Below are positions 37,880 to 47,216 of a DNA stretch of 64,000 bases, one piece after another (the first letter of the stretch is position 1; the number at the start of each line of letters is the position of its first letter). The DNA is taken from positions 1,862 through 65,861 of IMG/VR virus record IMGVR_UViG_3300000239_000003, one strand, 5' to 3'. This stretch comes from a virus. Lineage: Duplodnaviria > Caudoviricetes. The position numbers were made by a program, and so were the translations under genes. The notes under the pieces were generated by a model. That model made no database searches, was not told the DNA's origin, and worked only from the letters and a program-made list of their open reading frames with translations.

Positions 37880-38294
37880 TTTGCATATTACATGTTATTT
37901 CTAATCGTAAATTGTTTGGATCAAAAAAGTATATACTATATATCCAATCATCGTGATTAGTTGGGCCTATAACATCTAGTCCTCTTGATGTTAATTCAGC
38001 AAACCAAGCATCTACATTCTCAACAGTACCAACATCAAATGCAAAATGTACTACCCAATCTTCGCAATCTGTTGTAGTTGCTTCGCCATCGCCTAAATCA
38101 AAAAATGCAATGCAACTTTTGTCTGGCATTTGGAAAAATATGTGTTTGTATGGAGCATATGCTCCGGTACTTGGAACGTGATCTTTTTCTATAGTATGGA
38201 CGTGGGGTAACCCCAATACATTAGTATAAAATTCTATTGTTTCATCTGCATCTCTACACTTCCATGCAAAATGGTGTAGTTGCTTTAATTTCAT
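37851..38294 (-). CDS. VOC/glyoxalase-family protein
   Basis: LHHFAWKCRDADETIEFY, HIFF, HFAF, SIYFFDPNNLRLE. Confidence 0.9.
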   Translation of the reverse strand: MKLKQLHHFAWKCRDADETIEFYTNVLGLPHVHTIEKDHVPSTGAYAPYKHIFFQMPDKSCIAFFDLGDGEATTTDCEDWVVHFAFDVGTVENVDAWFAELTSRGLDVIGPTNHDDWIYSIYFFDPNNLRLEITCNMQNENTTHTDE

Positions 38295-38295
38295 A

Positions 38296-38715
38296 TTATA
38301 TGCGCGAAGTTTTTTCTACCGCGATCGCCTCGCGTTTTTCCATGCCGCGTGTCCATGCCGCCGCTCCAAGTATAGCACCAAAAGCAATATGAAACAAGCC
38401 ACCACCTTGTAATGTTAAGGACTGCCAGTCGCCTTTATTCATCATAATATTTAATGCTTCAGACTGTTGTTCAACTGGCATCTGCAATACATACTTAAAT
38501 ATCTCTGCTAAATCGTGTGGTTGTGCTTGTACATAATAAGGTGCAATAATAAAATCAAATATACAGATAGCCAAATATGTTAATGCAGCTATTGGACGCC
38601 ATAATGAACGCATCCATTTAGCAATAGGACCATTAGAGTTGTTGCTTGCTATTGGTGTTACTGATAAATGTTCTGATACCGCAGTTTCTCTAACTGCTGT
38701 CCTGGTTCTTGTCAT
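38296..38715 (-). CDS. putative holin (3TM / GTA-holin-like)
   Basis: WRPIAALTY..ICIFDF...LTLQGGGLFHIAFGAILG..AWTRGMEK; near spanins. Confidence 0.7.
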   Translation of the reverse strand: MTRTRTAVRETAVSEHLSVTPIASNNSNGPIAKWMRSLWRPIAALTYLAICIFDFIIAPYYVQAQPHDLAEIFKYVLQMPVEQQSEALNIMMNKGDWQSLTLQGGGLFHIAFGAILGAAAWTRGMEKREAIAVEKTSRI

Positions 38716-39307
38716 AGTTCCTCGTTAAATTGAATGTAGTAATACCTTCATCCTGTACAATATTACTTATCTTAATTGTCGAGTCAGTTCTTGTGATTAC
38801 TTTTGCATACAAACTATCCACTAAGTGGTTGCGAAATCCTCGATATGTTAAACTACGTCCATGCGACTTATCATTAATTCCGTTCCTAAAATCACCAATT
38901 AAAACAACATCAGTACCTGTGCCACACACTCTTAGTAATTCTGATATGCTTTTTTGCATAAGTTCCACATCACTATTGTCAAATGGTAAACAATTAACTA
39001 ATTTTAAACCATTTATATTATATGCATGCCAGTGTTGAATACGATCATCAGTTGAGCAGTCAAATTTATACACTTCACAATGATAACAGTTCTGTTTATC
39101 TACCATTGGAGTGTTATTAGAAATAATACATAGACCGGTATCACCATTATCTATCCATTGGTGGTATGCCGTCAATTGGCTAGCAATAGGATACGGAACC
39201 TGTTGCAGAAAGCACAGGTCATATTGGCCTAAGATTTCCTTAGGAAATTCGCTAGTGTTTCTCCAATGAACACTAGACGTCAGGATCTTTAGTGTCTGCG
39301 TGTTCAT
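38690..39307 (-). CDS. degenerate endonuclease/exonuclease/phosphatase-fold protein
   Basis: YDLCFLQQV, GLCIIS, VVLIGDF resemble EEP motifs, but catalytic residues are partly lost. Confidence 0.5.
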   Translation of the reverse strand: MNTQTLKILTSSVHWRNTSEFPKEILGQYDLCFLQQVPYPIASQLTAYHQWIDNGDTGLCIISNNTPMVDKQNCYHCEVYKFDCSTDDRIQHWHAYNINGLKLVNCLPFDNSDVELMQKSISELLRVCGTGTDVVLIGDFRNGINDKSHGRSLTYRGFRNHLVDSLYAKVITRTDSTIKISNIVQDEGITTFNLTRNYDKNQDSS

Positions 39308-39467
39308 TTTCGTCTTTCAAAATTTCTACATCAGTTTTCTTTACTATATGTGTTAATAGACGATCTACTTTTTTCTGAAACCAAACGCCCATTTTGGTAT
39401 CTTTAAACCACATCCAAAATGCTGACGCTATTACGTTCAGTACGATAACTTTGATTAAAACCCACAT
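39273..39467 (-). CDS. small membrane-associated hypothetical protein
   Basis: SAFWMWFKDTKMGVWFQKKVD; directly behind TATAAATA. Confidence 0.6.
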   Translation of the reverse strand: MWVLIKVIVLNVIASAFWMWFKDTKMGVWFQKKVDRLLTHIVKKTDVEILKDENEHADTKDPDV

Positions 39468-39495
39468 GCATCTATTTATATGGGTTTATTATAAT

Positions 39496-39891
39496 TTACT
39501 TGAATTGTTTGTTGTGTTCTATAAGAGCGTTATCTTGGTCTTTGTAGTATTCTTCGTAAGCAATAATAATTGCTTGCTGTTGTTGAACTAGTTTTCGAAT
39601 AGCGGCCATGTTGAGAGATAAATTCTCATAACCAGTATCGGTTAAACCAAATATTGCTCCATCTACGCTTTCTTTAGATAATTTGTGAAAAACATCATCT
39701 ACATTTTCTGGTGTAACAATAATCCATTTAACTTCTCTCTGATTAATTGTATCTGTACTTGGTAAATTTAATGGAACACGTACTGCTGGTTTTACTTGTA
39801 TTGCTACTTTAGGTGGATTAGTGCTACACCCTGAGAGGGCAAATGGGCCTAAAGCAAGTATAGATGTACCTACAATAATTTCTTTTAACAT
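39496..39891 (-). CDS. putative o-spanin (lipoprotein)
   Basis: Lipobox ALSGC, Pro-rich segment, YENLSLNM...IIIAYEEYY; follows i-spanin. Confidence 0.75.
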   Translation of the reverse strand: MLKEIIVGTSILALGPFALSGCSTNPPKVAIQVKPAVRVPLNLPSTDTINQREVKWIIVTPENVDDVFHKLSKESVDGAIFGLTDTGYENLSLNMAAIRKLVQQQQAIIIAYEEYYKDQDNALIEHNKQFK

Positions 39892-40383
39892 TTACTCGTC
39901 CTCCTTGGGATGATAGTTTGGATTGGCTACAGATGGACATTCTGTATTAATTTGACTTGGTTTTGTAGCAGTAATTTCTTTATTAGTTAAAGGACTACCA
40001 CTGAGTATTTCAAAGCATCGCAATACCCTAGCAGATGCTTTACTTATTACTCTTTCAATTAATTTTGGTTTATTCTCAGCAAGTTTTCCAATGTCGCGTG
40101 TACCAAAATTAGCAGATAATTTACCAAATCTACCTACTAGATTGTCATAATCTTTTTGTGATTGTGCAAATCTTTGGTTTAAGTTGTCAACTACTTGTTG
40201 AATTTTTTCTCTGTCTCTGTCAGCCTGTGCTATTGCTTCATTTTGTAATGCAATTTTTGTATCTCTAACAGCTGCCTCGGCAATTAAAACGGCTTTTTCC
40301 TGTTGGGAATTTTGGTAGTACATGTAACCACCACCGCCACCGATGCCCATGATGACTATTAGAATCATGACTATGTATGACAT
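39892..40383 (-). CDS. putative i-spanin
   Basis: N-terminal TM, long coiled coil, LAENKPKLIERVI. Confidence 0.7.
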   Translation of the reverse strand: MSYIVMILIVIMGIGGGGGYMYYQNSQQEKAVLIAEAAVRDTKIALQNEAIAQADRDREKIQQVVDNLNQRFAQSQKDYDNLVGRFGKLSANFGTRDIGKLAENKPKLIERVISKASARVLRCFEILSGSPLTNKEITATKPSQINTECPSVANPNYHPKEDE

Positions 40384-40422
40384 AATTAACTCCTGCGTAT
40401 AATAATATGCTACTATTATTTA

Positions 40423-41205
40423 TTACTTCATAGGTACGCGGGCGTTAATTCTGAGTTGTTGTAACTGATCTTTAATATTTTGCTCTTTTGCTAGAAAAGA
40501 GTCATATTGTTCTGGGGTAACTGGAAGTGTGTTGTGTAATTCTTCCATCGTTAGTGTTTTACTGCTTTTATAATGTTTAAATGACCAATTATCAATGCCT
40601 GTTAGTTTTTCAACACCTGTTAACATTTCAGATAATACATCTTTGAATGTATCTTTACGTTCAAACTCTACAAATACAACGTAATCACCATCAATATTTT
40701 CACTTGAAATATTATCAGCATCTATAACATCTGTATAACCACGCTCAACAAATGACATTAAGTCCTTTGCGGCATCATTATTTTTAACTTCCATTGCTAA
40801 TACAATAACATCCTTATCTTCACCTAATTTGCTTTTATGTTTATCTACAAAAATTGTAGAATTTACAAGATCTGCCAAATCTAAAGCATTGAGGTCTTCA
40901 TTAATTGGAGATTCGCCTAAATGAGTTAAGTCACTTGAAAAATCACCACCAATTTCTTGTGTTGTTATTGTATCTGTAACAGGTATAGTAGGATCTGCAG
41001 ATATTACTTTTCTTGCTGTTGTATTTGATTTTGGATCGTTTGTTGTTATAGTAGTTATGTCTGGTTCCCCATCTACTCTTTTTGTAACAGTCTTTTTTGT
41101 AGGCCGTAAATTATCACGTATTTTAGCAATATTTGCTTTTTCTTTTATTTTCTTTTTAGCTACATTACTTAAATTATCTTCTAAAATTTCTCTAAAATTT
41201 TTCAT
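40423..41205 (-). CDS. conserved jumbo-phage protein, putative virion component
   Basis: MKNFREILE leader; VDKHKSKLGEDKDVIVL...FVERGY..VIDAD...VFVEFER. Confidence 0.65.
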   Translation of the reverse strand: MKNFREILEDNLSNVAKKKIKEKANIAKIRDNLRPTKKTVTKRVDGEPDITTITTNDPKSNTTARKVISADPTIPVTDTITTQEIGGDFSSDLTHLGESPINEDLNALDLADLVNSTIFVDKHKSKLGEDKDVIVLAMEVKNNDAAKDLMSFVERGYTDVIDADNISSENIDGDYVVFVEFERKDTFKDVLSEMLTGVEKLTGIDNWSFKHYKSSKTLTMEELHNTLPVTPEQYDSFLAKEQNIKDQLQQLRINARVPMK

Positions 41206-41762
41206 TAGATCATTCCTCCTTCCATTTCTGGCTCCATAGCCATTTCTGGAGCGGCCGCAGCCTGAGCAAGATTTTCTTGTTCAGCTTGTTCAATATCCTC
41301 CAAATCTAATTTTTCACCTTCCAACTCTACATAACCACGTTCAATGTTTGTCATTAACTTGCGTGGAATTTTAATATTAACTATCCAAATTGGCGTTTCT
41401 TTAGTTTCAACTTTTTGATGAACTTCTTGTTCACCTGCTTTCTTTGGATATACGTTTAAGTCTTTAATAGGTTTTGTTAATTTAGACTTTCTATATGTTA
41501 TAGTAATATCATAGTCTAGTAAGCGTTTTGCGCCAAGGGGATTGGGCATTAACTTACGTGGCCACATAAATTCACATTCTACAAAATAACGAGAATGGGT
41601 AGGACCAACAACTAATTCACCCTTATCCCAGTTTTCAAACACATATAAATCAAGTGTATCTAAAACACGTTCAAAATCTAGTAAATTTTCTAATGCGTTG
41701 TTACTTAAATAGATATTTTTAGTATTATCTAAAACGTCATATAATTCTATTTTATTGGCCAT
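41205..41762 (-). CDS. conserved jumbo-phage protein
   Basis: LLDFERVLDTLDLYVFENW..GELV.GP...MWP..LMPNP.GAKRLL; start trimmed to MANKI behind ATAAATA. Confidence 0.7.
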   Translation of the reverse strand: MANKIELYDVLDNTKNIYLSNNALENLLDFERVLDTLDLYVFENWDKGELVVGPTHSRYFVECEFMWPRKLMPNPLGAKRLLDYDITITYRKSKLTKPIKDLNVYPKKAGEQEVHQKVETKETPIWIVNIKIPRKLMTNIERGYVELEGEKLDLEDIEQAEQENLAQAAAAPEMAMEPEMEGGMI

Positions 41763-41766
41763 AATC

Positions 41767-41973
41767 TTATTTATCCAATTTACCCCATTGAATGTTATTC
41801 CATAAGCGTTCATAGCCATAGTATAAAACCATTGTCAATATAGCACCTATTGTTAAAAGACCTGTTGACTTCCATGAACCTGTTACAGCATATGCAAGTA
41901 TCGGCCAATATATAAAATTAAATACACGCCATATAATTGTTTTAACTAATGTTCGTTTATGCGAGTCAGGCAT
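41767..41973 (-). CDS. DUF2061-like small membrane protein
   Basis: DSHKRTLVKTIIWR...YYGYERLWNNIQWG. Confidence 0.75.
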   Translation of the reverse strand: MPDSHKRTLVKTIIWRVFNFIYWPILAYAVTGSWKSTGLLTIGAILTMVLYYGYERLWNNIQWGKLDK

Positions 41974-42617
41974 TCGTCTCCGTCCAATATATCTTGTGTT
42001 TTGTTTGTTATAGTTCCAGTGCATTGTAAAAGACATCGAGGTTCCCACCCTGCATTAGCGGTGGCGTGTGGCATATTTGCCCAATCAAACCAAAACACAT
42101 CTCCTGCTTGCCATCTGCATAAACTTGTGCCAAACTGTATAAAATGGCCAGGCTTCCAGTCTTCTAAAAATATTAAAAATCGGGATACTTTAGATGGATC
42201 ATCATTCATTTCATATAGCTTATCAATATGTAAATTGACCATTTCACCTGGATATTGTATATGAAATGCTGTTTTAGAGTTTAATAACCCTAAACAATCT
42301 ACCATAGTTTGCCATATTCCAGTAATGTCTCTTGAGCGGCGATACATGACTGTATCAGGGTTTTGACCAGCTCTAACTAAATCATTAACTTCAGTATCTA
42401 AACTAGCATCACTATTATGATAATTTTTCTTTCTAGTTTTCCAAGTAACTGGCTCAACACTATTTTTAATTTGCTGTAATTCATTGGACCAGTCGCCTAT
42501 AAAACGAGTAACTTTTTTAAAATCAGTCTCTTGACTAGGCAAACTCCATTCAAAATGATAGTTACTTTGTGCTTTGCCAAGATCCCAGTTGCTTTCCATA
42601 CTAATATACTCCATCAA
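41946..42617 (-). CDS. cupin/2OG-Fe(II) oxygenase-like protein (paralog of 43605..44351)
   Basis: HIQYPGEMVNLHIDKL, FLEDWKPG, WQAGD, FDWANMPHATANAG..PR. Confidence 0.7.
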   Translation of the reverse strand: MMEYISMESNWDLGKAQSNYHFEWSLPSQETDFKKVTRFIGDWSNELQQIKNSVEPVTWKTRKKNYHNSDASLDTEVNDLVRAGQNPDTVMYRRSRDITGIWQTMVDCLGLLNSKTAFHIQYPGEMVNLHIDKLYEMNDDPSKVSRFLIFLEDWKPGHFIQFGTSLCRWQAGDVFWFDWANMPHATANAGWEPRCLLQCTGTITNKTQDILDGDECLTRINEH

Positions 42618-42951
42618 ATATAAAATAATCTACAGTAAATGTTAGTTCAGCACCAATAAAAACTGCTAACCAATAATTATTTAACCAATCCCATAACTGC
42701 TTGATTACCCACCAAGCACATAATACTCTAATAGAGTATACCACATCAGCCCATATTATGTCAAGCCATAAAAACGAATCTGCTTCAAAATAGTTGTAAA
42801 ATAGGATATTGTCAGCTAAAAAACTTAATTGGGCCATAAAGAATACTGCCCAATAGTAAGTTATATATTTGTTTAAGAACTTAACTATTGGTCCGGAAAC
42901 AACCAATCTATAAAGTACATAAATTATATTAGTGACAGCTAGTTCTATCAT
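42601..42951 (-). CDS. small membrane protein
   Basis: Hydrophobic; internal repeat YYWAVFFMAQLSF / NYWLAVFIGAELTF. Confidence 0.65.
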   Translation of the reverse strand: MIELAVTNIIYVLYRLVVSGPIVKFLNKYITYYWAVFFMAQLSFLADNILFYNYFEADSFLWLDIIWADVVYSIRVLCAWWVIKQLWDWLNNYWLAVFIGAELTFTVDYFIFDGVY

Positions 42952-43598
42952 ACAGCGCCTTTCCGGTTACTTGCTAACTTTATTGTTTTATCTAATTTTG
43001 ATTCTGCTTGTGATATGTATTTTTCATTAGCATCTTTAGATAATATTTCTGATAGTTTAGCATCATCTATTGTTACTTCATTTGGTAACAATCCTAGTTG
43101 TTTTTCTAACCATTGTAAATATCTTATCTCATACAAGTATAATAACTCTTGACTAGCAAATACTGTTTTATGGTTAAGTGTTATACTAACTAACTGTTTT
43201 ATAAAAAACGGTGTTGTATGTTTTCCTCTTACACGTTCTTGCTGTAATTTTACAATATTACTATCTCTTCCTATTATAAGAAATTGAATTCTACAAAACT
43301 TCCTTGCTACTTCTATAAAACTATTATATGCTGGAATAGTTTCTACGCCATCATCAAAATAAGGACAACTAATACTTGTAATAAAATAATTGCTTTGTTC
43401 CCAATCAAATTCATTTAGCTTTGATGGATCTTTCCAACACTCTGCGAAAGGTTCTAAATCATGACCTTCCCAATACTTTTCTTGTAGTTTAGGCCATACA
43501 AATATATTTTTATTTTGTCCTAATGCTTTGCTGAATAAGTGATTACCACTACCTTGTGGTCCTGTCATTATTGTTAGTATTGGTTTCAACGTTAACAA
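42948..43598 (-). CDS. P-loop / sulfotransferase-like protein
   Basis: TGPQGSGNHLFSK, SISCPY, IIGRD, SQELL. Confidence 0.65.
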   Translation of the reverse strand: MLTLKPILTIMTGPQGSGNHLFSKALGQNKNIFVWPKLQEKYWEGHDLEPFAECWKDPSKLNEFDWEQSNYFITSISCPYFDDGVETIPAYNSFIEVARKFCRIQFLIIGRDSNIVKLQQERVRGKHTTPFFIKQLVSITLNHKTVFASQELLYLYEIRYLQWLEKQLGLLPNEVTIDDAKLSEILSKDANEKYISQAESKLDKTIKLASNRKGAV

Positions 43599-43604
43599 GA
43601 CTTC

Positions 43605-44351
43605 TTACGCTAGTGTCCATACTGTATCACTTGATCCATTAGCAATAATCTCTCTAGTCTTTTCAGATTTTAGTCCTGTAATCTGGATAATTGGTCTTGG
43701 GAAATTACTAGCATTCGCTGTGGCGTGTGGTGCATTTGCCCAATCAAAGATATGTGCCTCGCCAGCTTTCCATCTTTCATAGATAAAATTACCATACATA
43801 TAAAACTGTCCTGGTCTCCAATCATCTAAGAAAAATGCAATACGACATATTTGTTCTGGATCATCAATACATCTATCCCATAGCTTATCAATATGTAAGT
43901 TAAACATTTGACCTGTTAATTGAACATGGGCTCTATATTTTAACTCGTCTTTACTGCCTATTACCCCAAAGTGTTCTTTCATTTTAACAAGCATTGGATA
44001 ATCTTCTAACTCATCTTTCATATTTGTAAGCATAAGTTTTTTAGGATCTCCGCCTCCTTGTTCAATATCGTATTCTTCTTGTTTTAGCATTGGAGATTCG
44101 TCTTCTTTATCTCCATAGAATTTACGTGATTCCCAATTAATTGCTTTAGTTGAATTTTCAACTAATCTATCTCTATCTTCTTTCCAAAGTTCAGGATTAT
44201 CAAATCGGCCTAATACCTTAAACCATTCACCTTCTTTATCTTTAACGTTATCATCAAAATGATATTCGCTATGTGCTACTGTCCAATCCCAGTTCGAATC
44301 GAATTCAGATGGGTCTTTTAAGGTTTTAGACCAATCTGTTTTGTGTATCAT
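43605..44351 (-). CDS. cupin/2OG-Fe(II) oxygenase-like protein (paralog of 41946..42617)
   Basis: HVQLTGQMFNLHIDKL, FLDDWRPG, WKAGE, FDWANAPHATANAS..PR. Confidence 0.7.
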   Translation of the reverse strand: MIHKTDWSKTLKDPSEFDSNWDWTVAHSEYHFDDNVKDKEGEWFKVLGRFDNPELWKEDRDRLVENSTKAINWESRKFYGDKEDESPMLKQEEYDIEQGGGDPKKLMLTNMKDELEDYPMLVKMKEHFGVIGSKDELKYRAHVQLTGQMFNLHIDKLWDRCIDDPEQICRIAFFLDDWRPGQFYMYGNFIYERWKAGEAHIFDWANAPHATANASNFPRPIIQITGLKSEKTREIIANGSSDTVWTLA

Positions 44352-45856
44352 GTGTAATCAAGTCCTTTGTCTTTTCTTACTAAACTATTTATGAATATGC
44401 CTAATGCTATTACAATACATACAAGGAAGATAGGATGATTATAAATGTTAAATAATTCTCCCCATCTAAATCCTTCCATCGACGTTAAGCCTGGCTTCCA
44501 TTGTTTGTAACCGTACAGTTGTAAGGTTCCCCAGAAGTATTCATCTATTTTAAATGCTACAACGTATGCAACTAGAATTGCCGGTCTACTAATGTTATAT
44601 ATTTTACATACAACACCAATAGCACTTAATATAGCAAGTAAGGCCAAGTCTTCCCAGCCACCTGTATATTGCATATTAGCATAAACAATTACTGCTAAAA
44701 TAAATGTAGCATAAATCCAAAACGGAACTTCTAATATTTTAAGAATATATTTGTATAAGACTATACTCAACAATGCTACACCAACTGTTCCAAATATATA
44801 ACCAAATGCCAGTGAATTTGTAAATTGTAAATCTTGTAGTAAACTTGGTGTGCCAATCTCCATACCGAAGTACATACAGATTGCCATAACCATAGCCGCA
44901 AATGGTGCCGCAGGAATACCAAACAAACAAGCAGGTATCATACTAGATACTTTCTGTGCATTGTTGGCTCCTTCACAGCCTAGTAATCCTACAGGATTAC
45001 CTTCACCAAATGGAACTTCTTGATCTTCTTCTTTGTGTGCGGCTTTGGTTGCACCGTATGCTAAGAAGTCACCTACTGCTCCTCCTACGCCTGGCAATAA
45101 GCCAGTTACGAATCCAATTAGTCCACCTCTAACCATATCTTTCCAATGTCGTTTGCAATCACCAAAACCTTGTTTCAGTCCTGTCCAATAATTTCCTTCT
45201 AACGGTGGTGCCGCTGATTTTAATTTCTTTCTGAATCCGTCTAATAATTCAGGAACTCCGAATAAGCCTGATAGTAGAACCACCATGCCAATTCCATTTT
45301 GTAAATATTCCCAACCGAATGTCAGTCTAGGATTACTTACAACATCTTCTCCTACCATACCTACTGCTAATCCGAATATGATTGCACAGATACTTAAGAA
45401 AACATTTTTACTTGCAACAAAGCCTACACAGGCTAGTGCCATTGTCATAAAGCCCAGAAACTCCGGGCGTCCAAATAATACTATAATTTTTCCATAGTAT
45501 GGAAGTAAAAAGAAAGTTAATGCCGCAAATACAACACCATTAAATGTTGAATCAGCAATAGCAATTCCCATTGCTCTAGCGGCTTGACCTTTCTTTGCCA
45601 TAGGATAACCGTCAATAACACATGCCGCAGTAGTACTAGCGCCAGGAATACCAGTAAGAATACTTGTATAACTATCTGCACTCGCACAACTTGCCACGAT
45701 AGCAGTTAAAAAGACCAACCCCAAATAAGGGTCGGCCATAAAATATGCTCCCATGGTAAAGACAGTTATCAGAGCAGTAGTTACACCTGCGATAGGAATA
45801 ATACCAACTAACATTCCATAACAAGTGCCAACTAATGCCCAGATAACATATTCCAT
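44348..45856 (-). CDS. tctA: tripartite tricarboxylate transporter large permease TctA-like
   Basis: GMLVGIIP, SILTGIPGASTTAA..IDGYPMAKKG, GLLPGVGG, EGANNA, FGIP; about 12 TM. Confidence 0.9.
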   Translation of the reverse strand: MEYVIWALVGTCYGMLVGIIPIAGVTTALITVFTMGAYFMADPYLGLVFLTAIVASCASADSYTSILTGIPGASTTAACVIDGYPMAKKGQAARAMGIAIADSTFNGVVFAALTFFLLPYYGKIIVLFGRPEFLGFMTMALACVGFVASKNVFLSICAIIFGLAVGMVGEDVVSNPRLTFGWEYLQNGIGMVVLLSGLFGVPELLDGFRKKLKSAAPPLEGNYWTGLKQGFGDCKRHWKDMVRGGLIGFVTGLLPGVGGAVGDFLAYGATKAAHKEEDQEVPFGEGNPVGLLGCEGANNAQKVSSMIPACLFGIPAAPFAAMVMAICMYFGMEIGTPSLLQDLQFTNSLAFGYIFGTVGVALLSIVLYKYILKILEVPFWIYATFILAVIVYANMQYTGGWEDLALLAILSAIGVVCKIYNISRPAILVAYVVAFKIDEYFWGTLQLYGYKQWKPGLTSMEGFRWGELFNIYNHPIFLVCIVIALGIFINSLVRKDKGLDYT

Positions 45857-45866
45857 AGTGCTTTCC

Positions 45867-46922
45867 TTAGTCTAAAAGTTCAGGTTTGTAGATTGATGGG
45901 AAGCCATACGCTTCTTGGTTCCACTTCACCGCATCTCTTAGTGCTTTCTCTGTAATCAAAGATTTAAGAGCCGCTAATAGACTATCACCATCTTGAATCC
46001 AAGGATAAACACCTGTCTTAGCATAAATTTCTGCTGATGCAACTGGATCATTGATCATTGCAGTTACAGCCGATTTAACTTTTGCCGCATTTGGATTACC
46101 TTTGTTCATCCAAAGTGATTTTTGGATTGCGTCACGCCAGTTACGAGTAAGTTTATATGCTTGATATAAATCACCTGATGGTGCTTCGCCCCATAATCTT
46201 TCATACACATCTTCAAATTGTGTATTAGGGAAGTTAGGGTCATCCATTTGTATATTGTTTTCTAAGTCTAGGATACCGTGAGTGAACCATAGTTCATTAC
46301 CTTCGATATCTGTATAGAAACGCTTCCATGCCGCTGGTGATTCACGTGCGATATCAAATTCACCATTTTGGAAACCTAGACGCTTTTCACCGCCTGATAC
46401 ACCGTTAACCCATACAACACGTTCTCTCCAACATGTCAAGTAGGCATCGATTGAACCGTTTTCTTGTGGGCCACAGATTAACATTGCCGCCGCGGCCGCA
46501 TCTGGTTCAAAACCTGACCCGCCTGCGATTGTCCAAGTGCCTGATTTTTCATCTTTACCTTCTTGTTTACCAAGAACGATATCATTATTCATTGAACCAA
46601 TTAGTTCATAATCAAAATAATTGTATCTAACTTTATCTAATAGAAACGATACACCGTTGCCACCGTGTGCAACCATGATTGTTTTATCATCAAAACGTAG
46701 ACTATCGTGGAACTTGTTAAATCCAGGAATATCACGTGCGCCTGGAATGTGACGTACTACTACTGGTTCGCCTAGGAACTTTTCTAAGTTCTTAGCAATG
46801 ATTTCACTCCAAACTGAAGTGCCCTTACCAGGTGCCTGTGGCACGATTAGGGTATAATCGGCTAACGCCGATGTTGCAATACCTATTGAAAGTATTGCCG
46901 AGATTAATAGTTTTTTAAACAT
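45867..46922 (-). CDS. periplasmic solute-binding protein, TctC-like
   Basis: Signal peptide (ALA-D), IVPQAPGKGTSVW...VVVRHIPGA; adjacent to tctA. Confidence 0.75.
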   Translation of the reverse strand: MFKKLLISAILSIGIATSALADYTLIVPQAPGKGTSVWSEIIAKNLEKFLGEPVVVRHIPGARDIPGFNKFHDSLRFDDKTIMVAHGGNGVSFLLDKVRYNYFDYELIGSMNNDIVLGKQEGKDEKSGTWTIAGGSGFEPDAAAAAMLICGPQENGSIDAYLTCWRERVVWVNGVSGGEKRLGFQNGEFDIARESPAAWKRFYTDIEGNELWFTHGILDLENNIQMDDPNFPNTQFEDVYERLWGEAPSGDLYQAYKLTRNWRDAIQKSLWMNKGNPNAAKVKSAVTAMINDPVASAEIYAKTGVYPWIQDGDSLLAALKSLITEKALRDAVKWNQEAYGFPSIYKPELLD

Positions 46923-46949
46923 TTGTTACTCCATTAATAAACTTCTTCA

Positions 46950-47135
46950 TTATATTCTCCTATGAATAATTGATTCTATTTTTACGAAAATAGCAAAATC
47001 TTCCCAACCTCCTGTATACTGTACACAAACCCATATAACTATTGCAACGAGGCCTGTAGTCGCACCAGCACCGGGTATGATGCCGATTAATAGTCCATAC
47101 AAAGTCCCGCCCAATAGAGCGATAATTTCATTCAT
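46950..47135 (-). pseudogene. internally deleted second TctA paralog
   Basis: GTLYGLLIGIIPGAGATTGL (TctA N-terminus) fused to VQYTGGWEDFAI (matches MQYTGGWEDLAL near the TctA C-terminus). Confidence 0.8.
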
Positions 47136-47216
47136 AGGGGATAGTGTGTGTTAATGAACTTCCTAAGGAGCGTTACTAACACTTGGTAGGTAAATATATT
47201 TATTGTATTATATAAT

